64,000 nt of DNA. Source: Octopus sinensis. Taxonomy: Eukaryota. Both the position numbers and the translations under genes were made by a program. Shown piece by piece: positions 38,011 through 52,122 of the stretch (within the stretch, counting starts at the first letter, position 1; every line of letters begins with the position of its first letter). The notes below the pieces were generated by a model. The model saw only the letters and a list, made by a program, of their open reading frames with translations, ran no database searches and was not told where the DNA came from. The stretch spans positions 41,168,001 through 41,232,000 of the forward strand of contig NC_042998.1 in the NCBI RefSeq assembly GCF_006345805.1, given 5' to 3'.

Positions 38011-41000
38011 TATGCCTATTCAACATATTTAATTTCACCTTCGCAGTAAACAATTCATAAGTTCTACCCATACTGACAATAATGGTAATGACAAATGTTA
38101 GTTTGCTTGACATTTGTAAGTTTTAAAGGGACTAATATTTTGATACTCCATATCAAAGGTTCTGACAAGAATAGGCAGAAAAGAATTCTGTTTACATAAT
38201 CAGTTTGATTAGTCACCTTCCTCAGTCAGTTGAGTAAAGTGTCATTCAAGCTGATGTTTATTGGTAATTAAACTTAATTGGCAACACCTGTGCATATTTA
38301 TCACCTTTGTTTTTGTTGGTAATTCTCATCAATAACTTTTCTTGTGATCAGGATTTGAGAAAACATACAGCAGTATGCTAAAGATTGGACATAATCTCTT
38401 GTGCACAAGAAATGTAAAATAAAGTTTATTATAAACAACACAAACACATTGTAATTTAATAGCTTTCAATATGATACCTGTTAAACAGAAATTATTTTTA
38501 TTTAACGAAAATTTAATAAAATCTAATCATAAGTAAGTAAAATTATGCTAAATACAACTAAATTGAAAACTTTTTTCCCTTGGCTATATTGGCAATTCTG
38601 AAAACTTCTGGGTGCAAATTTTACATGAGTAGAAGCTCTTTTTTAACAAATTTTATCCTGAAAATCACCTGCGTAAATTACACAAGTGTGCAAATTACAT
38701 GGGTTTTTATGGTAACTATTACCTTGACAATAACTGAGAACAAGCAATTTCAAATGGTTTTGCTGTTGTAGATAACTGGCCAAAAATGCAAATCAGACCA
38801 GTTGGCTGTGGGTTAGGCAACATTTTGTAGCTTGGCATCATTTGGTGTTTTTTCCAGTAGTTTAAATATTTAATGATTAATTATGTAATAAAGTATGAAA
38901 TGCGTTTGAGACACTAAGTAGCACTAGTAATAAAACTGGTATATATGTAAATCATCAGACAGTTCTAAGTGTGATTAAGGCTTTAGTATACGGACTTGAT
39001 CTGTGAGTAGTGATAATTAATTCTTTGTTGAAGAAACTAGTGAGAGAAAAGGTGTAGAGTAAACTTGAAGGTTTGGCAGTAAGATTTGTTCACATTAAGA
39101 TTTAGATTCTTGTATTGAAAACGGCAGATGTGCCTTTGTTGAAGCTGTTAGATAAGTATCTAACATCTTCACATCTGAATGTGTTAAATTTAAAGGTGTC
39201 AAATTGCACTGTTTCATTTAAGTGTTAACTTTAATTAGATAGTATCATCTTGTTGGTTATTCTTCTTGTGTCATCTCATCTTGCTTTGGTTTTTATATGA
39301 TTTAATTATTCATTCAGAATATTTCCATATGCATGTATGTTTGTACATATACATAGATTTTAGAGTTTGGTTAGATGTGTAGCTGAAATAGGCTATGAGA
39401 CAGTATACAGATCATTCAAAATGGAAAAACATTTCTACATGAGACTGTATCACTTCAAGGCAATTGACAAAGCGAGAAGTAATTGTGGATATGAAAACTT
39501 CTACCAGTGGAAACTATGAGGAGATAATAAAAAACATCAAAACTTTATAAGAGAAATAGCAAAAGAAGTGTTTTGGTTAGTCTAAATGGAAACTTTCTTT
39601 TTATATTTGGGTGAGCAAAATATGTGGTAGGATTCTGTCTTCAATATTTTGACAGAAATTGCTTTGAAGATTGTAGTGAGAATGATTAGTTTGGAAACTG
39701 TTTGGTGTATTTGCGTATAAAAATGTGTAGCCCTGTAAATGTTTTGCCATTGTACTAATATTTATATATGTATATAGATGCATATCTTTATGTATTAATA
39801 TGTTCTTTGGAATACTGTGTTATTTTGTTTATTGCATATTCAACTTTGTGTGTGTGTGTGTGTTGATTGATTATTATAGTAAGCAAAATAATTTTTGTTG
39901 AAATGAGAAGGCAGTTAAGTGTAAAGATTGTGAGCGATGTGACTATATTGATGAGGATACATAATACAATCTGAGTAGATATGATATTTGGTAGAAACTG
40001 GCAAAGATTAGGCCTAAATCCACTCATTCAGCACGTTTTATCTTGATGATAATTTTATGTATATGTAATTGTGTACTGTGTTTTGTTCATTCGTTTTATG
40101 CCCATTTTCAAATGCTAAGATGGTTGTGTGTATGTGTGTGTGTATGTATGAGAGAGAGAGAGATAGAGCATGTGTGTGAGCATGTACATATACATGTACT
40201 TTGATGACAAACAAATCAATACATGAATGAAAAATTTGTTTTTGCTTTTCTTTATACTTAATGTAGTCTATACTATTAAAGTTTAATAAAACTTGGTGTT
40301 GCTCATGTAGATAGTTTAAACATAAAATAAAAATATGATTGGGTTTATGTATTTTTATTTATTTATTATTATTTTTTTTTTATAATGTTAGTATAAAATC
40401 AAAGACTTAACCTATGATTTGACAGGTACCTTATCGAAATATGCCATTCAATGAGCACCAATATTTTAGATAAATATCTTTTTCAGTGTTAGTTTTTATG
40501 CCTCATCAATCATGTCATACATAAATAACAAACAGACAAATGAGGATGTTGAAAAAAAAAAACCATCAGGTTTTATTACATTAGTTCTTTAAAGATAGAA
40601 ACTACTTGACCAAGAATTTTGCTCAAGTTCAAAATTTATTTTTCTAGAACTTATTTCTTACAGTTTGATGTGAAATGATAATTTAGTAGAACTTAATTGC
40701 AAACAACTTTCAAGCTGGCTTTTATAGTCTGTAGATTTATTTGAAAGCTCAGTTTTTCTCATAATTTGTAATAAACAAAGTATAAACAGTTGAAGCGCAA
40801 ATTCAAATTTTATAGTACATGTTTGGAACATAGCTGTGTTTTACCAAAGATCACTACTTTAAGAATATACATATATAGTTTGATGGTAATTAACTTCCTT
40901 AGTCAGGTGGCAGGGTAGCATTTTCATTGCTATAACCCTATTAAATAAATCAAATAAAAGATATGAATATTTTGATGTTATTAAATTTATTGACTACTGA

Positions 41001-42457
41001 TACACTTAAAATAGATTTGTCACATAAATATGAAATTGAGTGTTTCATATACAGTTATGCTATTGAAACTAGTATCAAGGCATTAATAATTGCAATTTTC
41101 TTTTCTTATTTGTTAATGATGTTCCACGTGCTAACACTGGTACTATTAGCTATTGGTCTTGAGAAGGAAAATGCTGAGATAAACCATCATATGCCATTTG
41201 TAGTCTGGAAGAAATTATCAGTAATAAATGGCTAAAATTTATCATAGCATAGCAAAAAGTGATTTATTTAAAACTGTGATATAGTTTGCTGCAGTTAATC
41301 CCATTACACTATCTTAGAATCAAACTGTAAAGTCAAGAGTTCTAATATATCTTTTGGAGAAAAGGGTAAATTGCAACACAAATAATTTGGGTATGTCTCT
41401 CATTATAAGAACCTTTGTTTGCACTTTAATCCCTATATTCAGGTATCTTTTGAGCTGACCCAATAATATACTGCAAACTTATTTTTCTCCAGAAATTTTC
41501 ATGTTGAAATGATAATTAAAAATACAAAATAACATAGATATGCAGATTTTTTAATGTAATTTTCTATATCAAATCCTAACAAGTTAAACCTAATATTTCT
41601 TATATACCCCACAATGTTGTATTTCAAATTTTCTTTGAAAGATCTCAAAATATATAATATGAAACCATTTTATACAAACAAAAGCTTATTTTAAAATGTT
41701 ATGTTTTCATACATTATAAATTTCTTATAAATTTTACTGAGAAATCTTTTATATTTAACTCATAGTAATAACAATCTATTTAAAGATTAAAAGTTATTTT
41801 ACAGATACTAGTCATATTTACTGACCTGATCCATCTTCCTGCATATTAAATAAAGCATTTCCTCTATTACATCTAGGATTGCGTAACATAAAAGAAACAA
41901 ATTATCTAAAATGTTTTTTCAGAAAATAACCTCTTATTTTGTTATTGAGCCATAACTGCCTTTTCTCTTTCATCTCTCAAAACTGCTTCTCGGCACTTTG
42001 TGGTTTCATGGCAACATGATTAATTAGTTATTAATTCAAACACAAATTCTCTAGTTTTGTTTCGTCAGCTTACCTAAGATTTATGTAGCTAAATTCAAAG
42101 TGTTATTTCTGTAAATGCACTAATTATCCTGTTTGTTTGTTATTAGTTTCATTCCAGGGTAATATTTTAAAATTGTTTATTTACTGAACAGTTTGCTTGC
42201 TTATATTAATAAGTTGAGAGTATCTGTTTGTTGTCTACTGTAACTAGTTTCGATACTTCTGCTGAAATCCAGGTTAATGACTGCAATTCAGCACCATAAC
42301 CAAGTGAAGTATTGTACTTGACACTAGCCTAAATATTAAGAAATATAGAAATATTCTCCTTATAGTAAGACATTAATCAATATTCCATATGAAAATATGC
42401 AAACAAATGAATATCATGTAGGAAATAGTCACTCTTATTTTCCTAGTCTTTATTTTA

Positions 42458-43749
<1,292 letters not shown>

Positions 43750-45730
43750 ATCATCATCATCATCATCATCATCAATTAACGTCCGCTTTCCATGCTAGCA
43801 TGGGGTTGGACGGTTCAACTGGGGTCTGGGGAGCCCGAAAGCTGCACCAGTCCAGTCAGATCTGGCAGTGTTTCTACAGCTGGATGCCCTTCCTAACGCC
43901 AACCACTCCGAGAGTGTAGTGGGTGTTTTTTATGTGCCACCGACACAGGTGCCAGACGAGGCTGGCAGACGGCCACGCTCGGATGGTGTTTTTTTGTGCC
44001 CCCGACACAGGTGCCAGACGAGGCTGGCAGACGGCCACGCTCGGATGGTGTTTTTATGTGCCACCGACACGTGCCAGACGAGGCTGGCAGACGGCCACGC
44101 TCGGATGGTGTTTTTATGAGGCTGGCAAACGGCCACGATCGGATGGTGCTTGTTACGTGCCCACAGCACGGAGGCCAGAGATGCGGTACTGGCTACGGCC
44201 ACGTTCGGATGGTTTTCTTATGTGCCACGTGCCACAAAGATACAAATTCCATTGATGTTCATCTATTTTGATTTGTTTTGATTTGATTTTCACTTGCCTC
44301 ACAGGTCTTCACAAGTGTCACAAGAAGGAGGTATGCACAGGTGGACTGACTACGTCCCAGGTAGGGGCCATGGGTTATGGCCTGACTAGTCTTGCCGGGT
44401 CTTCGGATGGTGTTTTTATGTGCCACCGACACAGGTGCTAGATGAGGCTGGCGAACGGCCACGATCGGATGGTGTTTGTCATGTGCCCACCGCACTGACT
44501 ACGGCACTGATGGATTTCTTGTGTGCCACAGGCACTGGTACCACAAGATACAAATTCCATTGATGTTCATCTATTTTGTCGATTTTGATTTGATTTGATT
44601 GATTTGATTTGATTTGATTTTCACTTGCCTCAACCGGTCTTCACAAGTGTCACAAGAAGAAGGTATGCACAGGTGGACTGACTAGTCTTGCCGGGTCTTC
44701 GGAAGGTGTTTTTATGTGCACCGACACAGGTGCCAGATGAGGCTGGCGAACGGCCATGATCGGATGGTGTTTGTTACGTGCCCACAGCACGGAGGCCGGT
44801 CGATGCGGAACTGGCTACGGCCACGTTCGGATGGTTCTCATGTGTGCCACCGGCACTGGTACCACAAAGTGTGTGCCACCGGCACTGGTACCACAAAGAT
44901 ACAGATTCCATTGATGTTCATCTATTTTGATTTGTTTTGATTTGATTTTCACTTGCCTCAACAGGTCTTCACAAGTGTCACAAGAAGGAAGATTCCATTG
45001 ATGTTCATCTATTTTGATTTGTTTTGATTTGATTTTGATTTTCACTTGCCTCAACAGGCCTTCACAAGTATCACAAGGAGGAAGGTATGCACAGGTGGAC
45101 TGACTACGTCCCAGGTAGGGGCCATGGTTTATGGCCTGACTAGTCTTGCCGGGTCTTCGGAAGGTTGTTTTATGTGCCACCGACACTGGTGCTAGATGAG
45201 GCTGGCGAACGGCACGACCGGATGGTGTTTGTTATGTGCCCACAGCACGATGGCCAGTGATGCGGTACTGACTACGGCCACGTTCGGATGGATTCTTGTG
45301 TGCCACCGGCACTGGTACCACAAGCGGTACCGACTACGGCCACGTTCGGATGGATTCTTGTGTGCCACCGGCACTGGTACCACAAGCGGTACTGACTACG
45401 GCCACGTTCGGATGGATTCTTGTGTGCCACTGGCACTGGTACCACAAGGATACAAATTCCATTGATGTTCATCTATTTTGATTTGTTTTGATTTGATTTG
45501 ATTTTCACTTGCCTCAGCAGGTCTTCACAAGTCGGAAGGTTATGTACAGGTGGACTGACTACGTCCCAGGTAGGCCCACGGGTTATGACCTGACTAGTCT
45601 TGCCGGGTCTTCGGATGGTGTTTTTTATGTGCCACCATGTTCCCACAGCACGGAGGCCAGTCGATGCGGTACTGGCTACGGCCACGTTCGGATGGTTTTC
45701 TTGTGTGCCACAGGCACTGGTACCACAAGA
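43750..45730 (-). mobile_element. RTE-type 3' region with an expanded ~60-bp minisatellite and ~310-350-bp higher-order repeats
   Basis: (cat)n plus RTE tail at 43750-43920; core cggatgg...gtgcc recurring about 17 times; anchor gataca(a/g)attccattg at 44239, 44547, 44898 and 45449 (partial at 44991). Confidence 0.85.
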
Positions 45731-45742
45731 TACATATTATAA

Positions 45743-45840
<98 letters not shown>

Positions 45841-45873
45841 CATATATATATACATATATATATACATATATAT

Positions 45874-46946
45874 GATTGATTGATTGATTGATTCTAGTTT
45901 CAGCTTATGAGCTGTGGCCATGCTGGGGCACCGCCATTTGGTGTTGCTACTTGGTTTCACTTCATGGAGGCTTTCTAGCAACTGCTATTTGGTGCATGAG
46001 AGAGTTCGATGCAGCTGCCCTCATCTGCCCCTCCTGCCGTGAAGTTGGTTCATCTGGGACACCTGACAGGAAGAGATCCAGCTTCATTTTAAAGACATCT
46101 GTATCCACCCCATGCAGGTCTCTCAGGTTCTTCGGGAGGATATTGAAGAGCTGTGGGCCTCGGAAGCCCAGGCTATCACAGAATCTTGTCCTACATCTTG
46201 ATGGCAGGTGGTGGAGTCCTAGGCACCACGCAGTGGCGCCCAGTTCTGGCATTTGCGTAACTCTCGATGCCAAAGTTCAGGACACTTCCCTCCAGGATCT
46301 TCCAGATGTATATTATGGCATATCTTTCCCGCCTACGCTCCAGGGAATATAATTTTAATCTCTTGAGTCTTTCCCAGTAGCTTACATTCTGCATAGAGGC
46401 TATCTTCTTTGTGTAGCTTCGTTGGGTCGCCTCAAGTTCTGTGATCAACTTGACACTGGATGGTGACCATAGCTGAGAGCAATAGTCAAAGTGGCTTAGG
46501 ACAAGTGTCTTCCAGAGGACCATCATGGTTTCTTGTTCTCTTGTTCTAAAGGTTCTAAGAATCCATCCAGCCAGCCGTCTACATTTCAGTGTCAGTTTAG
46601 CAACATGTACATGAAAGGTCGCGTCATCACTCATGTGAATACCCAGGTCACGCACTGATTGTGCCTCTGGGATTGCAATCCCTCCGGGTCCAGTGTGTAT
46701 TCATTGGGTATTGCATTCAGTTTTGCATGCTGATAGTATAAAGCTTGAAACTTTCCAGCATTGAACTGCATGCTATTTTTTCAGCCCACTTGTATATTTC
46801 GTCCAGCTCACATTGCAGGTGTTAGTGTCCTCAGGGTTCTGTATTGCCTGTGAAACTTTTGTATCATCTGCATAACTTGTGATCGTGGCTCTCTGCGTGG
46901 CTGAGGGCATGTCTGAGAGGGCCATTATGTCTGAGAGGGCCATTAT
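45874..46946 (-). mobile_element. 5'-truncated CR1-group LINE (RT from YADD to the 3' tail)
   Basis: ITSYADDTKVS at about 46880-46850; ORF 46191-46655 RDLGIHMSDDATF...WILRTF...LSHFDYCSQLWSP...LKLYSLERRRERY; frameshifted C-terminus; (AATC)n tail. (TA)n on both sides. Confidence 0.95.
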
Positions 46947-46985
46947 ACATTATATAATATATATATACATATATATATATATATA

Positions 46986-47034
<49 letters not shown>

Positions 47035-47117
47035 TTATATATATAATATATTATATACATATATTATATATATTATATATATTATATACATATATATATA
47101 TTATATATATATATATT

Positions 47118-47169
<52 letters not shown>

Positions 47170-47203
47170 TACATATATATATATACATATATTATATATA
47201 TAC
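46947..47203. repeat. (TA)n tract between two divergently oriented LINE fragments
   Basis: Directly visible. Similar tracts at 45731-45873 and 47945-48100. Confidence 0.98.
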
Positions 47204-47944
47204 ATGGACAACAACGTAAGCTGGGCCACTCATATAAACACCAAAGTTGACATGGCCCGCAGAATGTGTTCCTGGATTCTCAGAACTTTCCAGTCGAGAG
47301 ATATCCACACCATTATCCTTCTCTTCTCCACTTTTGCCCGACCCCACCTTGAATACTGTTGTCCACTGTGGTCTCCCCACAATACAAGGTATCATAAAAG
47401 TTGAAGCACCTCAAAGGGCAATCACAAAAAAGATAGATGGCATGACAGGCCTCGACTATTGGGGTCGACTAGAAAAGCTAAAACTCTATTCTCTCCAACG
47501 TCGTCGTGAGCGCTACATCATCTGCATGATGTGGAAAATATTCCATCAGCATTGCCCAAATGATGTTGGCATCACCTTTAAGGTACATCCAAGGCTTGGG
47601 CCCCGTGCCATCCGCCCAAAACAAAAATCGCACTCTCATCTCATAACAACAATACGGCACAATTATTTCACCTCAATGGCCCCGCTCTCTTTAACATTAC
47701 ACCAAAACACATTAAAACAGAAACTGACCCTATAGGGTTCAAGAAGTCTTTGGACAGATTCCTTCAAGAAATCCCGGATAAACCCCCTACACCCGGATAT
47801 GTCTCTGTAAACAATAACTCTCTACTTGAGTGGGCCATAGTGCCCAAATTCTGACTTGAAAGACTTCACCAGGTGGTGCTATTAAGTTAGACATGGCCTG
47901 GCCAATAATGGCCGAAACCTATCAAAGTATCAAAGTATCAAAGT
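47204..47944 (+). mobile_element. 5'-truncated CR1-group LINE 3' end (second subfamily)
   Basis: WILRTFQSRD...RPHLEYCCPLWSP / LEKLKLYSLQRRRERY / FKKSLDRFLQEIPDKP with frameshifts; tail (ATCAAAGT)x3. Confidence 0.95.
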
Positions 47945-47982
47945 ATATATACATATATATATATACATATATATATATATAC

Positions 47983-48033
<51 letters not shown>

Positions 48034-48039
48034 TATATT

Positions 48040-48071
<32 letters not shown>

Positions 48072-48100
48072 ATATATACATATATATATATATATATATA

Positions 48101-48548
48101 TCATCATCATCATCACCGTTATCGTCTGCTTTCCATGCTAGCATGGGTTGGACGATTTGACTGTGGACTGGCAAACCAGATGGCTTCACCAGGCTCCAAT
48201 CTTGATCTGGCAGAGTTTCTACAGCTGGATGCTCTTCCTAATGCCAACCACTCCGAGAGTGTAGTGGGTTCTTTTACATGCCACCGGCATGAGGGTCAGT
48301 CAGGCGGTACTGGCAACGGCAAGAAAATAAATTTTTTGATATATATATATATATATATAATCATGCCAGTGGCACGTAAAAAGCACCATCTGAATGTGGT
48401 CAATGCTGTGCCAGTGGCACATAGAAAGTACCCACAACAATCTTGGAGTGGTTGGCATTAGAAAGAGCATCTAGCTGTAGAAACTTTGCCAAATCAGTTA
48501 AACTATCCAACCCATGCCAGCATGGAATATAGACGTTAAATGATGATA
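48101..48548. mobile_element. Two RTE-type tail copies in inverted orientation (48101-48320 -, 48361-48548 +) around a short (TA)n
   Basis: Left: ttccatgctagcatgggttggac...tttctacagctggatgctcttcctaatgccaaccactccgag. Right: ggagtggttggcattagaaagagcatctagctgtagaaac...ccaacccatgccagcatggaa. Confidence 0.9.
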
Positions 48549-49256
48549 ATAGAGTGGAATAAAATATGGTCCTTTTTTTTTTTTTTTTTTTTTTAGTTAG
48601 AATAAGGCTAATATGGAATATTTCTAAATTTATATTACAATACAGTTATCAGAGGCAAATTTAGAGGATGAACAGAGAAACCTAGTTTATGAAATATAGG
48701 TTTGGTGAAGTATTCTTGAGAATTATTTGAAGACATTACATATTTTCTCTCCAGTGAAAGGCAACAGCTTTGGCATGCTTTGATGTTAGAAATATAAGCC
48801 ACTTAAAACTTCCTTGTGTGTAGTCAAGCAATTGAAGATTTCTAACTATGCAATGCAACAACCAAATTTTCCTCCACATGTTACCAGTTTTTAAAATACT
48901 GGCCGTGTAGCAACTTAAACTCCTGAACAAAATGTTTAACAAAAAGTATCTATTAATCAAGTTGAAACTATATTTTAGGATTACTTCAGTACAATTCTAC
49001 TTTGATTGTTAGTCTCTTCACTTAAGTCTCTAGCTCATCGTTGGGTCTTCTGAATATATTTAGACATAGTTGCTATGTTATTAAGTTCAAATCTTACTAC
49101 AGCTATAAGGTTATAATCCTGAGTATTTGCACATAACTCTACTTGTATTACTCTGAAAGTCTTGGAGAAGGACAGGAGTCTGAGGAATGACTCCATCATT
49201 TGTTTATTCAACCATAGGCTATTTCAGCAAATAAAAGATATAACACATCAGGTAAG

Positions 49257-49760
49257 GTGAGGGTAAGAAGTGAGGCAATAAGAATGTTTAACGTCAAAGG
49301 TGATGTGGTCACATGGCTAAAGAAAGTGAAATTATGGCTAAAGAAAGTGAAATTTGTTGTGAGATAGCTGGGAATGTTGCAAAGTTTATACTATTTTATC
49401 TGGAGGGATATGCATTATATTTGCATTATAGTTAGAGATGAGAGGAGACATCCAATTAAATATGATAAAAGTAGAAACTACACTGAATAAGGCTTTCACA
49501 AGAAGTGTGGGATATGCTTTATACCCTTTAGTAAACTAGGAAGGGTTAAAGGGATTGAGAAACAAGGGGACACATATGCTAATGAGTTTAGAAGATCAGC
49601 AGGTTAACATATTTACCAGAGAAGCATTGGGAAAAGTGGTTAAATTTGGGTTTGTGATTGGCTTTGCTTATCACTTTACAGTAGTACTGCTGCAGTTATT
49701 GGATATTGAAACTGTTTGCCTTAATTTTCTCAGCAATCTCCTATTTCAGTTAACATTTTC
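49257..49760 (+). mobile_element. Decayed Ty3/gypsy-type gag fragment
   Basis: RVRSEAIRMFNVKGDVVTWLKKVKL...YLEGYAL...AF...YANE...VVKFGFVIGF resembles marine-invertebrate gypsy gags (F.G.GDVVAWL.KV.LVA...LYLEGDALA...KLAFV.GFP). Recognised from memory. Contains a 21-bp tandem duplication at 49313-49354. Confidence 0.6.
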
Positions 49761-51299
49761 CATTATTTGTAATTTTCGTTTTCTCTTTGCATTATCTTAC
49801 ATAGTCTTTGATTAATAATAGTTGATATGATAAATTTTAAAATAGATTTTGTACTTCTTCAATCTAATCTAAATTCACCTCATGAGTTTGATAGACATAA
49901 ACAAATTATGAATATTAATATATACTTTTAATTAAATCGTCTATTTTATTCATTAGAGTAGCATGCAAAATTGACCACACCAAAGTAGTGGTATTCAAAA
50001 CTGACTATACCAAGATAGTAGTAACCCTGCTCTCTTTTTTGGAGCCGAGTCATACAATACATAGATAGTCCAGAAATGTTCGTTTCATTGATGGAGCAGT
50101 GTGATATGAAAAATAAATCTTTGCTATAGAGGTAGCCATTTCAATATTTGTGAGCAATGGTAAGATCCAACTTCTCAAATATACCATGGAACTACTCTGC
50201 ACCATTTATCATTCTGTTGTATTTCTGAAATAAACTTGTTTGCTATTTTGTTTCTCAATGTAGAGGTTGATTTGTTTCATTTCAACTGTTAACCTGTTCT
50301 TGTGCTGTTACTATTAATGTCTACATCCTAGATACATTATCCTGCCCAACATTGCTTAATATGTTTTCAAATACTAAAAACACAACACTTAGTATTCAAT
50401 AAATAAACCAAACAATTACTGGCTCAAAATATACAATGACATAGTCTATAAATTTCAATTACTATGTTTAACTATCAAATAATTACATTAAGCCACTTTC
50501 TCTTATTAGTATTATTATGTCTGTACTTAGTTCTCTTTTTGAAGATACTGCTTTCTACTTGGGGAAACAACTTCATACTTTGAAGTTAATGTCCTGTTAT
50601 GCACCTATTTGTAGACAATTGCTTTGCGTTAGCCATTGATTCTAGTATCACAACAGTTTCGTTGAAATGCTCACATCAAACATCAGCAATATTAGATTTG
50701 TAATTAACAGTAAACTGAAACCTCTCTCTAGCATTTGAGTTCTAATTCTTTTTGTATGGGGTCATTTTGACATTCTTTTTTTTTTTTTAATATAGTATTT
50801 TCTTTTTTGCCAAATTTATTTCTTAGTTCCTTCTTAGTTTATATCAAAAGCATGTACCACTACTACCCCAGGTGTCCCACATTAGTTAAGTATTTACATT
50901 TTCATTATGCGCCATTGCTCTTGTTTGTTGAACAGAAAAATATCGTTTACATTACAGACAAACAACTATTGAAAGTTTTGGAGTTGGTTTCTACAAAATA
51001 TTTAGAAAACTTCTCGTCTTACTAATAACTTTCAAAACTTTCAAAATTATGATCATCTAATGAAGACATCTTTGAAATAGCTAGTAATTCTTCTCAAAAC
51101 ATTTCCAAAAACAGGTGAATATAGTGTTGTCATTATTGGTAGCTTTTTCTTAAAACCTAGTAAGCCATTCCACTACAGAATAAAAAGACTATTTTTGAAT
51201 ACATAGCCCTCCTGGGTATGATTTATTAACATTTCTTGTGCTTCTCTTCATTTTCATGACACAATTATTATCATCACAGCAACACCATACCTCCATGTT

Positions 51300-51740
51300 G
51301 GCACACATTGAATGGATCAGTAGCACAGCATACCTGTGTCTATCTTAGTTTTGTTTCATTTTAAACACATACTGAAAAGTTCTATGTGCTAGCTATTCCT
51401 TCCTAGTTGTTTCTCATTATACCTCTGATGTATCTTCTGCCATCAACTCCATGCTGATTCTATTATAGCTGTCTCTGTTACATAGATATACATACAATTT
51501 CTGTAAGGATATGTGCTAACTAACTCCTGCAAAGTAATATCAAGTGTTCACTAGACTTATTTTTCTCTAATAATTGTAGTTCCACTTAAAGTTTCACTAT
51601 CATACATCATTGGATTTATATTACCACTAGACTGCAGTGTATTAGTCTCAATATTTTCCTATAGGTCAACAAATGTGAAATAGCTATACTTAACTAAGAA
51701 CTCCTCTCGTAGTTGTTTTATCATGAATAAAGGATCAAAT
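51300..51740 (-). mobile_element. Decayed RTE RT fragment
   Basis: Minus strand LFMIKQLREEFLVKYSYFTFVDL (cf. IF..RQLQEK......AFVDLEKAFD). Confidence 0.5.
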
Positions 51741-51756
51741 TTACTGTCTGGTAATT

Positions 51757-52122
51757 CTTTTACTTGTTTCAGTCATTTGACTGCAGCCATGCTGGAGCAC
51801 AGCCTTGAAGTGTTTTAGTCAAACAAATCAACTTCAGGACTTATTTTTTGAGCCTAGTACTTATTTTATCAGTCCTTTTAGTTGAACTGTTAAGTTACAA
51901 AGAAGTAAAAACCCCAGCACCAGTTGTCAAGTTGAGATGGAGGGGGACAAACAAAGATACAGACATACATAGATATATACATACATATTATATATGATGG
52001 GTTTTTTTCAGTTTCTCTCTACCAGATCCACTCACAAGGCTTCGGTCGGCCCAAAGCTATAGTAGAAGACACTTGCCCAAAACCATGTGGTTGAGAAGCA
52101 AGCTTCTTAACACACAGCCATG
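51757..52122 (-). mobile_element. Family A SINE with internal deletion
   Basis: cttttacttgtttcagtcatttgactgcagccatgctggagcac...cttcttaacacacagcca matches 12475-12855. Confidence 0.9.

Noticed and set aside
39106-39195. Open phase 0-0 segment ILVLKTADVPLLKLLDKYLTSSHLNVLNLK
   Set aside because: No polypyrimidine tract, poor donor (GTGTCA), and no spectrin pattern.
43922-45730. Regularly spaced repeat array as a possible CRISPR array
   Set aside because: The intervening sequences are themselves repeated rather than unique spacers, there are no cas genes, and the array is continuous with a retroposon tail in a eukaryotic intron.
47890-47925. GGCC-loop-GGCC-GAAAC as a possible hammerhead ribozyme half
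   Set aside because: The CUGANGA core is absent upstream of the stem; better explained as the LINE 3' recognition hairpin.
48736-48960. 74-aa minus-strand ORF in non-repeat DNA
   Set aside because: No recognisable motif or splice support; length is within chance expectation.
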